A DNA stretch of 64,000 nt from Oligoflexales bacterium (GCA_045106415.1 JBGCEP010000027.1:64001-128000), one strand, 5' to 3'; numbered from the stretch's first letter, positions 40,308 to 52,403 are shown. A program made the numbers and translations. The notes: a model not told the origin generated them from the sequence alone.

Positions 40308-41009
40308 ATGTTGCCGCACCACCTCACGACACTCATCCTTTCTTGCTTCTTTTCTTCAATAGGATTTAGCAACGTTCGGTTTTCAAGCACACCGTGGATC
40401 ATTCATCATCCTTCCGCACTACCAGAACAGGTCTCGCAAAACTTCTCAGAAAAAATTGAGAAGACCAGACAAGACCTTAAAAGACTTGGCTTTGAGGCCA
40501 TAACAACAAGCGGCGAACTCATAAAAACTCCGTCACAATCTTTTTTAGTTTTAGAGGCTGACGAATGCACAGATCAAATATTTACAGAAGCTTACAATGA
40601 ACAAAGCTCTCTTTCCATTATGACAAGCTTATTGAGCATCGGCTTCTGTCAAAAAAACTTAGCCAGCATGCTTCTCCAAACCTCAACAACCCTTACAGTT
40701 GGCTGCCTCGTTGCACGCGGCGTGAACATCTTAGCTTTACCGTTTATGAAAAAACGCTACCTCCCACATCGCATTCTCATCCATAGAGCCACATACACTC
40801 CCGACCCTGAGAACCTTTCTCTCACTTATGGCTCAAGTATTGAAATTCCGGATGTCTTGCGCCTTTATGAAGAACGCCACGACCATATGGACACGATTCA
40901 AGATCGTATGAACATTCTCAACAACTGCAATTTATTCGCCACAGTAGCTGCATTCCTCACCATCCCCCACATCACTCCTTGGCTTCAGAGACTTTACTCA
41001 TTTTTTTAA
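40308..41009 (+). CDS. Hypothetical exported/membrane protein
   Basis: Hydrophobic N-terminus plus further hydrophobic segments. Confidence 0.55.
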   Translation: MLPHHLTTLILSCFFSSIGFSNVRFSSTPWIIHHPSALPEQVSQNFSEKIEKTRQDLKRLGFEAITTSGELIKTPSQSFLVLEADECTDQIFTEAYNEQSSLSIMTSLLSIGFCQKNLASMLLQTSTTLTVGCLVARGVNILALPFMKKRYLPHRILIHRATYTPDPENLSLTYGSSIEIPDVLRLYEERHDHMDTIQDRMNILNNCNLFATVAAFLTIPHITPWLQRLYSFF

Positions 41010-41921
41010 TCTCAGCTGTTTTTGAAAAGCTTCGTTCGCTTTAGAGGGTTTTTTCGCATGCTCTTGAATCCTCACAAAAAAACTTTCCGTACAAGCCTGC
41101 AAACGATAATTCTCTACCATCTGAAAAAGCAAACGACTCTCAACCCCTGTGACAACCTTAAGCGCCAACAATTGATGATAAGACAATATTGCGACTAACC
41201 CTCCTGTAGCATCCTGAATACGACAGCCATGCCTACACGAAAAGACACCTTTCGCCTCAATATAATCATCAAAAACCTTTAACGTTTTACGGGCGTGATC
41301 TTGTCTTTTTTTCTTATTTAACAGAATCGATTCTTTAAGGACATCCACTGTCGGAAAAGTTTCTTTTTCACACAAGATCATTCTAGACACCATGTCAAAA
41401 CCAATTCTTTCTATCATATGCTCAAGACCTTCTCTATAATACGGAAGACCAATACGCAGGTATGGAAGCATCATAAGAGATTGTGAATGCGTTACTTTTA
41501 ACTCCGTACAGCTTAAAGCAAGCTCCATTCCTGCCCCTAAAAGGTGACCATCAACAACACAAACAATCATTATTTTCTTAGCAATCAAACGAAGTAGCGT
41601 CATCACTCGCACAAAAAGATAATCTTCAGACAAGACATCTTCACCGAGATTTTTAGAGCTACAATGCTCAGCAAATTCTTTGAGATGAAGACCAGAACAA
41701 GATATTTTTTTATGACTTGCCACAAGATGAATTTCAAAACGTGAAATCTCTTCAAACTCAATACGTTCTAAAACACCTTTTAAAAGAGTCAAAACATCTT
41801 CAGATAAAGCGTTATGTGTTTTTTGATCATGAAAAAACACACATAAAGTAGAATTTTTATACTCATACAAAAAACCCGGAGAGAACCTTTTGAACACATT
41901 AAGTTTTTCAGTAATTTTCAT
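40998..41921 (-). CDS. Divergent crotonase/enoyl-CoA hydratase superfamily protein
   Basis: HNALS, CSGLHL, VDGHLLGAGMELALSC, LPYLRIGLPY. Confidence 0.7.
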   Translation of the reverse strand: MKITEKLNVFKRFSPGFLYEYKNSTLCVFFHDQKTHNALSEDVLTLLKGVLERIEFEEISRFEIHLVASHKKISCSGLHLKEFAEHCSSKNLGEDVLSEDYLFVRVMTLLRLIAKKIMIVCVVDGHLLGAGMELALSCTELKVTHSQSLMMLPYLRIGLPYYREGLEHMIERIGFDMVSRMILCEKETFPTVDVLKESILLNKKKRQDHARKTLKVFDDYIEAKGVFSCRHGCRIQDATGGLVAILSYHQLLALKVVTGVESRLLFQMVENYRLQACTESFFVRIQEHAKKPSKANEAFQKQLRLKK

Positions 41922-42054
41922 AAAATCCTCTCGATAATAATTTCGCTATACATCATAGTCTTATTGCCACTGCACACTGTCTAAAAATCTCTAAGACTTG
42001 TTTTCATCAACCTCAATTCACTGTAAAATAACTTCAAACCGAAATGAGGATATT

Positions 42055-43458
42055 ATGCAAGAAGACCAAACAATATCTATTCAAGAGCTCTTCCAAAAAC
42101 AAACTCCTTCCAAAGCAGGTTTTTTTCAGAATCCCTCCTATCAACACCGAATACAAAATTTAAAAAAACTCGAAGTATCTTTACACCAATATGAAGATAA
42201 GTTTCTCACAGCTCTCAAACAAGACTTAGACAAACATTCTATTGAAGCCTACTGCACCGAGATACTCCCTTTACATAAAGAACTGCAGACCTGTTTACGC
42301 TCTCTAAAAAAGTGGATGAAACCTTCTTCTCAGCGACTCCCTATTCTTTTACAACCTGGAAATGCTCAAGTTCATGCTCGCCCCAAAGGGCAAGTTCTCA
42401 TCATAGGTCCCTTCAACTACCCAGTAAACCTCACCATAAAACCTTTAATCGGTGCTCTCGCCGCTGGCAATAGAGTTATACTAAAACCCTCCGAGCATAC
42501 TCAACACGTTACGGAAGTCTTATTAAGCTTAATCAAAAACACATTCCCCGCAGAAGAGGTCGCAGTCGTCACAGGTGGAAAAAAGGCCGTCACAACCCTT
42601 CTTGATCTTCCTTTTGATCATTTTTTCTTCACAGGTTCTCAAGCCGTTGGACAAATTGTATATCAAAAAGCAGCACAACACATGTCTAGCGCGACACTTG
42701 AGCTAGGTGGAAAATCTCCTACAATCGTTTGGGAAGATGCTGACATTGAAACAGCAGCTCGAAAAATAGTCTGGGGAAAGTTTTTAAACTTCGGGCAAAC
42801 CTGCGTTGCTCCTGACTACATTCTTGCTCACGCTAAGATTTTTGAAAAGCTCATCCTAGCCATTAAAAATCAAATAAAAGAACAGTTTTCTGATAAAAAA
42901 AACAAACCATGTTGCTCAATATTTTACGGCAAATGTATCTCTCAAACCAAACAACAGCAGCTTTTGAATAGCGTTGAAAGTTTACACATTCTCACAGGAG
43001 GAGTCATTTGTAACGACTGCAAAAAACTCGCTCCCACCCTTGTGACTAAAGTCCCTAAAAACCACGATCTATTAACAAAAGAAATTTTTGGCCCCGTCTT
43101 GCCGATCCTCTCCATTCAGACAGAAGACCAGCTTTTCGACGCATTGTCCAAAAACCCTTACCCACTTGCAAGCTACCTTTACAGTCGGCACAAGTCCTTA
43201 GAGAAAAAATTATCCAACTGGCACACCGGAGCACTCGTTATCAACGACAATGTCATACACGCTGGCCTCCCTCTTCCTTTCGGCGGTATCAAAACATCTG
43301 GGTTAGGCCAATACCACGGGCATGAGTCTTTTAAAACTTTCTCAGAATTCTGCCCTGTGATTACAAACTCATCAACCTGGGATGCTAGCATGCGCTACTC
43401 CCCATATAAATTTTCGATGCGTGTGATCAAAAAATCACTACCAGCACTTTTCTCATAA
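42055..43458 (+). CDS. Aldehyde dehydrogenase (class 3-like)
   Basis: PFNYP, LKPSE, FFTGS, TLELGGKSP, GQTCVAPDY, EIFGP, PFGG. Confidence 0.95.
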   Translation: MQEDQTISIQELFQKQTPSKAGFFQNPSYQHRIQNLKKLEVSLHQYEDKFLTALKQDLDKHSIEAYCTEILPLHKELQTCLRSLKKWMKPSSQRLPILLQPGNAQVHARPKGQVLIIGPFNYPVNLTIKPLIGALAAGNRVILKPSEHTQHVTEVLLSLIKNTFPAEEVAVVTGGKKAVTTLLDLPFDHFFFTGSQAVGQIVYQKAAQHMSSATLELGGKSPTIVWEDADIETAARKIVWGKFLNFGQTCVAPDYILAHAKIFEKLILAIKNQIKEQFSDKKNKPCCSIFYGKCISQTKQQQLLNSVESLHILTGGVICNDCKKLAPTLVTKVPKNHDLLTKEIFGPVLPILSIQTEDQLFDALSKNPYPLASYLYSRHKSLEKKLSNWHTGALVINDNVIHAGLPLPFGGIKTSGLGQYHGHESFKTFSEFCPVITNSSTWDASMRYSPYKFSMRVIKKSLPALFS

Positions 43459-45174
43459 TTAAGAGTTCAGAAGATTTTGAATATCAGAAATAGTGTCTCC
43501 AATTGAAACCATTTCTTGCTCTAATGATTTACACATCACATCTAAACCATTTGCTTGCTCAGATCCAACCCCTACATCTTTTTGGATACTGCTCACAGCA
43601 TGGTTTACTTCTGTAATACCTCGTGATTGCTCTTCGGTACTTATTGAAATATCTTTTGATTGCTGCAAAAGGATTTCAGCAGACCCTAACACATCACTAA
43701 ATAAAGCCGACGTACGAGAAGCTCTTTGTTGCCCATTCGATACTTTTTCTGCTGTGTTTTTCCTCACTTGCTCAGCAAGTTTAAGGCTCCCTCCGACAAT
43801 GTTAGATATCTCCAGAGCTGCAACACCGCTCATTTGAGCGAGGCTATTGACTTCTTGCGCAACAACTGCAAATCCTCTTCCGTGTTCACCCGCTCTTTCA
43901 GCTTCAACAGAGGCGTTAAAGGACAGAAGTTTTGTTTGAAACACAATATCATCAATAACTTTTGTCTTATCACCGATCTGCCCTATAACATCGGCAAGTT
44001 GTTCAATTTCATCATTTCCTCGCGCGATATCTTCAATTGTCTTTAAAAGCTCTTGCATAGCAGCATCTGAATTCTGCGCCGTAAGCCGCACTTCTTCTGA
44101 TACAGATGTCGATTTTTGTGCTTGAGATGCATTTGATTGAACAGTGCTTTCAACCTCTTGTATAGCAGACGCAGTCTGATTGAGAGCTGAAACTTGATTT
44201 TGAGCAACATTCACAAGATTTCGACTTCTACCGCTTACTTCTGAAGCAATATGATTCAGTTGGGTATAATTTATACTAAGTGCTTTTTCTACTTTTCTTA
44301 GCTTATGGCTAATGACACTTAAAATAATGGATGAATTTAAAATCAAAACAATGACCCCAAATACATTTAAAACCAGAACTAAAAACTCAGACTTTTTCTC
44401 CAGATGAAAGGCCTCCACCCCAGCCATCAACGTGAAGTCTTCAATATCAAGAAGAAGAGACTCAACAACATGATTTAAATGGTCCTCCTCACCCTCTAAA
44501 ACCTCAATTTCATTCAATGTGGGTTCTTGACCTTGATTCAACCTTTCAAAAAGCTGGGAAATATGTGAATCAAATTCATAATGCTCATTTTTTATCGCTT
44601 GAATGCTTTTTTCAACTTCCTGAAATTTCTCTAAACTCTTAGGATAAGCAGCCACCTCTACTCCATGGTGAGCAATCTTAAAAGCTCGATCAAGCGCCAG
44701 CTCCACCTTTTTCGCATAATAAACCACCTTTTCTTCAGCATGATATAATTTTTCACCGCTCTTTTTCAAAGAAAAGAGCATCGCTCTTTCAAACCAAGTG
44801 CTTTGATGCATCTGAGCCACTTCCACTTGTGATATCGCTTTTGTTAAAGCGATATCTTCTTTCACAATTTCTTCAATTTTAACTCCAAGCTTTTTCATGT
44901 AAAGCTCTGTGATAACACCAACAATTGATGATGTTATAATTGTACCCACCACCAACACCATCAAATTAAATTTAAGAGATTTACGACTCAAAATCCTTGA
45001 TATATATTTGCGACACAAAAAAATTAGGATCATGAACGCCGACAGGCCAACCACAAGAGGTATGTTTTCTGTAAAGAGACGATAAAAACCAAATTCTAAT
45101 TTTTGGACCTCTTCAAGGTTCATACTTACTAGCTTCTGCTCCTGCCCATTAACAGCTGCCACCCTGACTCCCAC
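43459..45174 (-). CDS. Methyl-accepting chemotaxis protein
   Basis: TM segments; [30 protein letters not shown] signalling domain. Confidence 0.95.
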   Translation of the reverse strand: MGVRVAAVNGQEQKLVSMNLEEVQKLEFGFYRLFTENIPLVVGLSAFMILIFLCRKYISRILSRKSLKFNLMVLVVGTIITSSIVGVITELYMKKLGVKIEEIVKEDIALTKAISQVEVAQMHQSTWFERAMLFSLKKSGEKLYHAEEKVVYYAKKVELALDRAFKIAHHGVEVAAYPKSLEKFQEVEKSIQAIKNEHYEFDSHISQLFERLNQGQEPTLNEIEVLEGEEDHLNHVVESLLLDIEDFTLMAGVEAFHLEKKSEFLVLVLNVFGVIVLILNSSIILSVISHKLRKVEKALSINYTQLNHIASEVSGRSRNLVNVAQNQVSALNQTASAIQEVESTVQSNASQAQKSTSVSEEVRLTAQNSDAAMQELLKTIEDIARGNDEIEQLADVIGQIGDKTKVIDDIVFQTKLLSFNASVEAERAGEHGRGFAVVAQEVNSLAQMSGVAALEISNIVGGSLKLAEQVRKNTAEKVSNGQQRASRTSALFSDVLGSAEILLQQSKDISISTEEQSRGITEVNHAVSSIQKDVGVGSEQANGLDVMCKSLEQEMVSIGDTISDIQNLLNS

Positions 45175-45511
45175 AAAAAATTAAAACACATCGACCGTAC
45201 TTATCTATATCGGCCATGCTTCACGAGCCATCATCACACTCCTGAATACCATCAAAATAATGCATTGATTTTACTGGGGAAAACATATCATCTGTACTCA
45301 CATTCATCATAAAGCGATCTCTCCGAGCATAAAAGAGATCCGCCTTTCCAATAAAACCAATGATTTCACTTGTTGGTTATGAAAAAAAATTATATACAGT
45401 TTACCTCTGGCGCTTAAAGCTCGACCATATGCTGTGTCGAAAAGCGTCATTTCAGTGAAGTTCAAGACATTAGCCTCGTGGCTATATACAAGCTGGTTGG
45501 AGAATCGGACA

Positions 45512-45679
45512 ATGGCAAAGTCAACAAGAAGAGAAAAAGTAAAATTGGTATCAACAGCAGGAACAGGGTTCTACTACACCTTGAATAAGCTCAAAGGCCA
45601 AGATAAACTTCTACTGAAAAAATACGATCCTAAAGTTCGTAAGCACGTTGAATTCAAAGAGGCTCGACTTACAAAGTAA
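45512..45679 (+). CDS. rpmG: 50S ribosomal protein L33 (Cys-free type)
   Basis: [22 protein letters not shown]...[15 protein letters not shown]. Confidence 0.95.
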   Translation: MAKSTRREKVKLVSTAGTGFYYTLNKLKGQDKLLLKKYDPKVRKHVEFKEARLTK

Positions 45680-45713
45680 GCCGTATTTCTTCATAAAAGA
45701 ATTCTCATACATG

Positions 45714-45746
45714 AGAGCCTACAAGATTTCGCACTTGTGGGCTTTC
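45714..45746 (+). terminator. Probable terminator after rpmG
   Basis: AGAGCCTACAAG-loop-CTTGTGGGCTTT. Confidence 0.6.
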
Positions 45747-45830
45747 TGTGTTTAAAAACATCTGAGAGCCATCTTGTTATACACATACAGACAAAGAAAG
45801 CTCACGAACTTCAACGCATCTGAGGTTTTC

Positions 45831-48212
45831 ATGAAATGGCTGCGCTGCGTCATCGTTACGCTTTGTCAAATCACATGCCATTCAGCATATTGCACAAGCG
45901 ACATCCAACTCCTTCCTCACCAACAGAAGGTCTTCGACTATCTCGAGGAATACCCTGAGCTCAAAGGGCTTATTCTTTATCATGCTCTCGGCTCTGGAAA
46001 AACAGTCACATCCCTCTACTACGCAAAACACCAATCCAAAAACATTAAAATCTTAGTTCCCAACTACTTAAAGGCTCAATGGGTCCAAGAAATAAAAAAA
46101 ATCGGCATCGACCCACAAAAAATTGAAATTTACAGCTACAACAAACCTGGCGACACAAGCAACCTTGAAAAAATTGACTTCTCAGAGAGCCTGGTCATTA
46201 TTGATGAAATTCAAAAACTTGTTGAGCGTGTTCGCTATTCATCAAATCCCTCAGATTTAAAGGTGTACTGGAATCTAGGGAAGTCAAAAAAAATACTTCT
46301 CCTCACTGGAACCCCTATCTTCAATGACGCAGCAGATATTGGCTACATAGGGAATCTTATTAAGGGCGGCTCTTTTTTTCCTTTTCATCCTGATGAGTTC
46401 AAAAGAAAGTATATGGAAATCAATCTTGCTCCATCACTTTTCAGAGGTCACCTCACAGAAAGCAAACTCTTCTCTATTGGCCTCCCTATTTATGGCAGCC
46501 TTCTAGCAACATCACTCAGTTCCATCGCTGGGACCAGCTTTGCTGTACCAGCAATTGCTATGCTAAGCAGCTCCGCTTTAAACGTCACAAATCAACAGTT
46601 TCCAATTCAACAAGTTCACTTTCGAAGATTCAACGCTTCTCGATTTTCAGGCTTTGCAAATCGCTATATCTCTTTTTATGAAACAGCCCACAACGACCTA
46701 TCCGACTACCCAAGCAAGACTATCCACAAACGCGAAGTTGAATACACAGCAGCACAAGTTGATTTTTACATGGACTTCATAGACGGGGTTCTCCCACACG
46801 ACAGACTTGAAAGAATCGTCCACGACGAAACTCGGTCATACACAAAAGCAGAACTCAGAGTTCGCAGCGCACAGATTCAGCAAAACATACTCAAGCGTCA
46901 CGACGCAGGTCGCGAAATTGGAAACCTGAGTCTAACAGGCCCAAAAGGGTTCGAGGTTTCAAAAAAGTTTATCGAAGTAGAAAAAATCATTTCTTCTAAA
47001 CCTGGCCAAGTTGCTATTTATTCCTCCTATTACCACAACGGCCTTGTGCTTTTTGCAGATTTCCTAAAATCTAAGGGACACTCATTTGACGTCCTTCATT
47101 CGGACGACACACCTGAAAAAATGAAAGCAATCCTTGACCGATTTCATACAGAAACAAACCGAATTCTGTTGATCCACCCAGATATCACAGAGGGGATATC
47201 ACTCAAAGGTGTCGAACAGTTCCATTTACTTGAACCAGTAAAAAACCTTGCCCTAGAGAAACAAATCATAGGAAGAAGCGTAAGATACCTTTCTCATCAA
47301 CATCTCCCAAAAGAGCGTCGACACGTCGACATTTACGTTTGGTGCTCAACCGTGACATACGAGCGATTTTTCTTATTTCCCACAGACGCTGGCATTGTCC
47401 GTAGAGACCACTGGCTCAAACGATTTCAGGAAGTAAACCCTAATCTATGGAGCACAGGAATCGCTCAATTGGATTTAAAGTACTTTGAAAAAGACTACAC
47501 TCCCGACCATCATGTCGAAAAAAACAAACTCCGCATAGCCACCGACATGCAAGCTTTCCAACAAGCTTGCCGCACATCCTCCCTTGAACACGGGGTGCAA
47601 ACCCCAGAAAACTTCCTCGCCCACAAAAAAGACACCTCCACCCCCCTTTATCAGAGGCCACTTGTCTCCTTTGAGCTGGGCCTTTATCCTCTTTCCTACG
47701 AACTCACTGACACAAAAACAAAAGAAAAGCGTTTTGAGTTCACACAAAGAAGCGACCTTGGCTTCATCAACGAACTCCCCTACTCCTCACATATCAACGT
47801 CGGCTTTGGAATGAGGTTTAGCTCGGGCATGAGCACACCCTACATCAACAACAAAAAAGCCAACAACCTTACAGAAGCTCTAGCCGACATCAGCATCTCT
47901 TTAATGAACCGCTTTCACGTCGAACCTTTTTCAGAGGAAACGTCGTCTTTTTTCTGGAAACAAGAATATGGCATGAGTGTCTTTTGGGCTTCTCCTTTTT
48001 ACGGCTTAAGCCCTAGTTTTCGACAATCTATAGGCTGGGATCAAAGACTTCTCTCTCACCTTAGTATCTCAGCAGAATTGGGGGCTGAGGCACGAGCTTT
48101 CTTCAGAACAACGACTGTTAAAGACGTCACAGACCTGGAGCCTAAAAACTACAACACGATGAAAAGCTTCCAACCTTTCATCGTGCTGAGCATGACATCT
48201 ACCTACTTTTAA
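45831..48212 (+). CDS. SF2 helicase/ATPase (D6/D11-like motifs) with signal-like N-terminus and beta-barrel-like C-terminal domain
   Basis: [48 protein letters not shown] 45831 after GAGG; last ~190 aa amphipathic strands ending TYF. Confidence 0.75.
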   Translation: MKWLRCVIVTLCQITCHSAYCTSDIQLLPHQQKVFDYLEEYPELKGLILYHALGSGKTVTSLYYAKHQSKNIKILVPNYLKAQWVQEIKKIGIDPQKIEIYSYNKPGDTSNLEKIDFSESLVIIDEIQKLVERVRYSSNPSDLKVYWNLGKSKKILLLTGTPIFNDAADIGYIGNLIKGGSFFPFHPDEFKRKYMEINLAPSLFRGHLTESKLFSIGLPIYGSLLATSLSSIAGTSFAVPAIAMLSSSALNVTNQQFPIQQVHFRRFNASRFSGFANRYISFYETAHNDLSDYPSKTIHKREVEYTAAQVDFYMDFIDGVLPHDRLERIVHDETRSYTKAELRVRSAQIQQNILKRHDAGREIGNLSLTGPKGFEVSKKFIEVEKIISSKPGQVAIYSSYYHNGLVLFADFLKSKGHSFDVLHSDDTPEKMKAILDRFHTETNRILLIHPDITEGISLKGVEQFHLLEPVKNLALEKQIIGRSVRYLSHQHLPKERRHVDIYVWCSTVTYERFFLFPTDAGIVRRDHWLKRFQEVNPNLWSTGIAQLDLKYFEKDYTPDHHVEKNKLRIATDMQAFQQACRTSSLEHGVQTPENFLAHKKDTSTPLYQRPLVSFELGLYPLSYELTDTKTKEKRFEFTQRSDLGFINELPYSSHINVGFGMRFSSGMSTPYINNKKANNLTEALADISISLMNRFHVEPFSEETSSFFWKQEYGMSVFWASPFYGLSPSFRQSIGWDQRLLSHLSISAELGAEARAFFRTTTVKDVTDLEPKNYNTMKSFQPFIVLSMTSTYF

Positions 48213-49606
48213 GGATGAATCATATCCTCTGCTCGCACGTACTTGTCATAATCTTCAGCTGAAAGAAGCCCCGTTTTCACAGCCGCTTCCTTTAAAGTTA
48301 ATCCTTCTTTATACGCTGTCTTTGCAATCACAGCAGCATGATCATAGCCGATTACAGGATTTAACGCGGTAACAAGCATCAATGAACGGTTCAAATTTTC
48401 ACTGATACGCTCTTTATTCGCCTCTAATCCTTCAACACAGTTCTCAGAAAAGCTTTGCGCCGCATCTGCAAGAAGACTCGCAGACTCTAAAAAATTATGA
48501 ATCATGACTGGCTTAAACACGTTCAACTCAAAATGACCTTGACTCCCTGCAATTCCGACCGCTGCATCTTGCCCCATCACATGAACCGCTACCATAGTTA
48601 GAGCCTCACACTGCGTTGGATTCACTTTACCTGGCATAATTGAACTACCGGGCTCATTTGCCGGCAGAATCAATTCTGCCAACCCACTTCTTGGCCCACT
48701 ACCAAGCATACGCACATCATGAGCTATTTTCATCAGAACAACTGCAACTCTTCTCAAGGCACTACTTGCACTCACAACAGCATCATGCCCTGCAAGAGCA
48801 GCAAACTTATTAGGCGCAGTCACAAAAGGCTTCCCTGTCAAAGCAGCCAAATGTCCCGCAACTCTTTCCCCGTATTCTGGATGAGAGTTTAAACCCGTCC
48901 CAACTGCCGTCCCCCCTAAGGCGATTTCATAAAGACCATCACGACTGCGCTTTACTTCTTCACACGCCTGCAGCAATTGATGGTGATAACCAGAGAACTC
49001 TTGCGCCAACGTTAAAGGGGTTGCATCCATCAAATGTGTTCGACCAATTTTCACAATGCCATCAAACCTATACATACAGCCTTTAAGGCTTTTTAGTAAC
49101 AGGTTCAATTTTGGGATTAACTCTTCATCAATACAATCAATCGCCGCCACATGCATAAACGACGGGAAAGTATCATTGGAGGATTGGGATTTGTTAACAT
49201 CATCGTTCGGATGAACAGGATATTTCGAACCCATTTCACCACCTGAGATTTCAATTGCTCGGTTTGAAATCACTTCATTACCATTCATATTTGTTTGAGT
49301 TCCAGACCCAGTCTGCCACACAACTAAAGGAAAATGATCATCTAAACGCCCTGCTATCACTTCATCACAAGCTTGAGAAATCAAAGATTTCTTGTCTTCA
49401 GAAAGCTTACCTAGGTCAAAATTCGTAAGCGCAGCAGCCTTTTTCACAAGCCCAATCGCGCGAATAAAAACACTAGGGAAACGGTGTCCACCAATCTTAA
49501 AGTTTCCTAAAGACCTTTGTGTTTGCGCTCCCCAATAACGATCGGAAGGAACTTGGATTTCACCCATACTATCTATTTCTGTGCGCTCTGACATCTGACA
49601 CCTCAA
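48209..49606 (-). CDS. fumC: Class II fumarate hydratase
   Basis: [32 protein letters not shown]. Confidence 0.98.
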   Translation of the reverse strand: MRCQMSERTEIDSMGEIQVPSDRYWGAQTQRSLGNFKIGGHRFPSVFIRAIGLVKKAAALTNFDLGKLSEDKKSLISQACDEVIAGRLDDHFPLVVWQTGSGTQTNMNGNEVISNRAIEISGGEMGSKYPVHPNDDVNKSQSSNDTFPSFMHVAAIDCIDEELIPKLNLLLKSLKGCMYRFDGIVKIGRTHLMDATPLTLAQEFSGYHHQLLQACEEVKRSRDGLYEIALGGTAVGTGLNSHPEYGERVAGHLAALTGKPFVTAPNKFAALAGHDAVVSASSALRRVAVVLMKIAHDVRMLGSGPRSGLAELILPANEPGSSIMPGKVNPTQCEALTMVAVHVMGQDAAVGIAGSQGHFELNVFKPVMIHNFLESASLLADAAQSFSENCVEGLEANKERISENLNRSLMLVTALNPVIGYDHAAVIAKTAYKEGLTLKEAAVKTGLLSAEDYDKYVRAEDMIHP

Positions 49607-49719
49607 TAAAAAAATCTCACAGCAAGATAATATATGAAAATTCTTAGCTTTTCGACATTTTCACTTTATCTCACGAAACAAACTTCCGATAACGCTCAGG
49701 AATTTTAGGAGGTCGCTCT

Positions 49720-50001
49720 ATGCGCATTGTAGCAAATATTCCCATCAGAAGATTTGTACACATGACAATCACCAAAGAGTCATCCATTCATAGCATTATT
49801 GATTCATGGAGCATAGAAAGAGAAAACATCATTAAAGTCATTACCGAACATTTCATCGACATGGGAATCTTTGAGGTGTCCCCTGTCACCGACACTGAGC
49901 AAATTAGAGACTCTATCATTCACGCCCTGCACTACCACCCCGATTTCAAGGCTATGCTCATAAAAATTCATCAATCAAGAACAGCAAACACAAGAAAATA
50001 A
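49720..50001 (+). CDS. Small hypothetical protein
   Basis: AGGAGG RBS; TCCGATAA box at 49685-49692. Confidence 0.6.
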   Translation: MRIVANIPIRRFVHMTITKESSIHSIIDSWSIERENIIKVITEHFIDMGIFEVSPVTDTEQIRDSIIHALHYHPDFKAMLIKIHQSRTANTRK

Positions 50002-50019
50002 GCACCCTCCAGACTGTGA

Positions 50020-50135
50020 TATGGATGAGTTATAGAAACGCAGTATTTCTTAAATTTTTCTCGCGCCTTGATATTAGTAAAATGCCAAGTAATCTTTACT
50101 TGCACACCATTTCATTGCTCAACCTCACTTTTAAA
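50020..50135 (-). pseudogene. IS630-family 3' fragment (inverted relative to the copy at 50800-51973)
   Basis: Reverse complement of 50041-50118 aligns ungapped to 51861-51938 (61/78 identical); reads KITWHFTNIKAREKF. Confidence 0.7.
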
Positions 50136-50139
50136 AATT

Positions 50140-50800
50140 CGCTCCCCTATCATACTGTGAAGAACAATTCGTACATCCCCAAAGTCTTTGGGACAGTTGA
50201 ATGTCATCTCAAGTGAAATACTTCGAGCACAATTTTGTTGGAGGAAAAAAGCAGCCTATAATCATGATCTAATACCTTTTCATCTTCGCTTTGTATTCGA
50301 GTTGTCTTCAAAACCCATATCCGCTATAGACCTTGCCAATCTTGAGTCCTTCATCATACCTTTAACGTGAAGGTCCTCAATAGCAATACAACCACAAACC
50401 TCAACACAAAGACACGTAAGCTTATGGAGAGTGTCTTGGCGTATACGAGCAACACGAACATGATATCTTTGCGCAGTTTCTCTTTGACCTTTTACCTATT
50501 GAAAGAGACTTTTTTGTTGCGACTACAGATACGCTGAAGTCTTTGCATTTTTTTTAATCTGCTCGATACGGCCGAAGAGGCATAAAAAACTCACCACTAG
50601 AGTAGCGTAGCTAAAATCGAAATTCCTAAATCAACACCAGCAACATTCCTTTGGTTTTCAGATTTGTATTTGCATGTCGATTCCAGGTGTTTTTACGCTT
50701 AAGCTTATAAACCACCTTCCTGCAATAAGACTCACTGCTCCAGATTTGATCTCTTTTGATGGAGATTAAAAACTTTGGACCTATCCACAGAAGGCTTTCA
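50140..50800 (-). pseudogene. tnpB: Decayed IS200/IS605-family tnpB remnant
   Basis: Fragments across frames: AGRWFISLSV, NVAGVDLGI (RuvC-I), IAIEDLHVKGMMK...ARSIADMGF (RuvC-II), RQLEYKA, PPTKLCS, CTNC...DRE; frameshifts and stops; boundaries approximate. Confidence 0.8.
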
Positions 50801-51973
50801 TCCGAACTTAATTCCTCTAGATTTTTCTTCTACCCGCCCTTCATGAGTTCGTCCGAGTATTCTCATTCTTTCATCTTGGGGATTTACGCCAGGAAATCGT
50901 AGATTAAAAGAAGCACAACAACCTATTCTCGTTATCAGAAATCGACACATCAGTGGTGAGCTTAAACGGACAGCGCAGGATCAACCGAGGTTCAGATCTC
51001 TGAATAAAACTAAGGAAAAACACAGAGAAAAATTGACCACTCTGACCCGCATTGGTGCTCCGACAGAATATGCAAAATAGAGTTTACTACGACCTGCCGA
51101 CAATGCTACTGAAGTGGGCATTGTTGGTAAGTAGGGTAAAACAAAATCTTATTTACACACTCACATCCACCAAATATCGCTTTAAAAGATGGGCTTATTA
51201 ACTTCTTAAAACTCTTAATACGTAAATAAAATCATCTCATAGGATTATCTCACAACCAATTGGTTTTCATTCTAAAAAAGCACGGTTAAGCCTCACCTGA
51301 AACGACAATTTGCCTCAGCACGATTCAAATTTTGTGTGAAAAATGGAGAACACCCTTGAAATTTATGGCCAGAAATATGACCCAGCATTTCCCGTTATTT
51401 GCTTCAATGAACACCCATATCAACTAACTAAAGATATCGTTACACCAGCAAAAACAGAACCTGTAGAGAGAAAAATGAAGATTATGACTACAAGAGGAAA
51501 ACAGCACATACATTGTTTGAATGACTATTAAGCCGCTCACGTGAAAAACAATCGTCGATGCCACTATGCGGAAAACGAAGGTAGATCATAGCAATTTCAT
51601 GAAAAAAGTTTCTGCCGCCTGCCTGAGTGATAAAAAATCATTTTCTTCAGGATAATCTCAACACTCATAATCCATATTCTTTTTATGAAAACATGCCAGC
51701 GCAAGAGGCTTTGAGCTCACCACTCGCTTTGATACGAAGCACCCACTCAAGCGCGTGAGTTAGCTTAATATGAAAGAAATAGAATGTTCGGCACTTTCAA
51801 ACAATGTCTTGATAGACAAAAATTTAACAAACTTAAAAGTGAAGTCAGACAATAGACTAAGCAACGAAACGACGCACAAATAAAGATTCGTTGACAGTTT
51901 ACTAATACCAAGGCACGAAAAAAATTTGAGAAACACTACAATTATATCACCAGCTAATATGACAGCACACTAG
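50800..51973 (+). mobile_element. Decayed IS630-family element (transposase pseudogene)
   Basis: KMENTLEIYGQKYDPAFPVICFNEHPYQL, QDNLNTH...FYE, degenerate SWLNM region; ends CACACTAG; many stops; left boundary approximate. Confidence 0.8.
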
Positions 51974-52025
51974 CCTCCACAACAAAACTCTGCTATCACA
52001 TGACAGAATATGGAGACACATCATA

Positions 52026-52403
52026 ATGAAAAATCTTTATGAAAAAATCGGAAGCAAAAAACTAGAAGATATTATTCGACACTTTTACGACAACGCATTC
52101 GAAGATGTCATGATAGGATATTTTTTCACTGGAAAAGATAAAGAAAAACTCATCCGCCATCAAATCGAGTTCACAAGCCAGCTTCTTGGGTGCACAGATA
52201 TAAACTATCAAGGCCAGCCTTTACCTCAAGTCCACAATAAACTTGCCGGGCTGAGAAAACCTCATTTTGATCGCAGACATCTCCTCCTCAAAGAGGCTAT
52301 GTCTGCATTTCAACTTCCAAACGAGATCACAGAAGAGTGGCTAACCCTCGAGCGCCGCTTGCTCCCCTTGATCCTCGGCAGACGTACGCCCACGAAACAA
52401 TAA
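52026..52403 (+). CDS. Group I truncated hemoglobin
   Basis: LYEKIG...FY, IGYFF, HQIEF, YQG..L..VH, HFD. Confidence 0.85.
   Translation: MKNLYEKIGSKKLEDIIRHFYDNAFEDVMIGYFFTGKDKEKLIRHQIEFTSQLLGCTDINYQGQPLPQVHNKLAGLRKPHFDRRHLLLKEAMSAFQLPNEITEEWLTLERRLLPLILGRRTPTKQ

Noticed and set aside
40076..40402. 108-aa minus-strand ORF
   Set aside because: Overlaps the start of 40308-41009 and has no recognisable features
50016..50370. Short plus-strand ORFs
   Set aside because: Antisense to the tnpB and IS630 relics
50140..50800. Active TnpB/Cas12-like RNA-guided nuclease
   Set aside because: Multiple frameshifts and stops, missing N-terminus and disrupted 3' end
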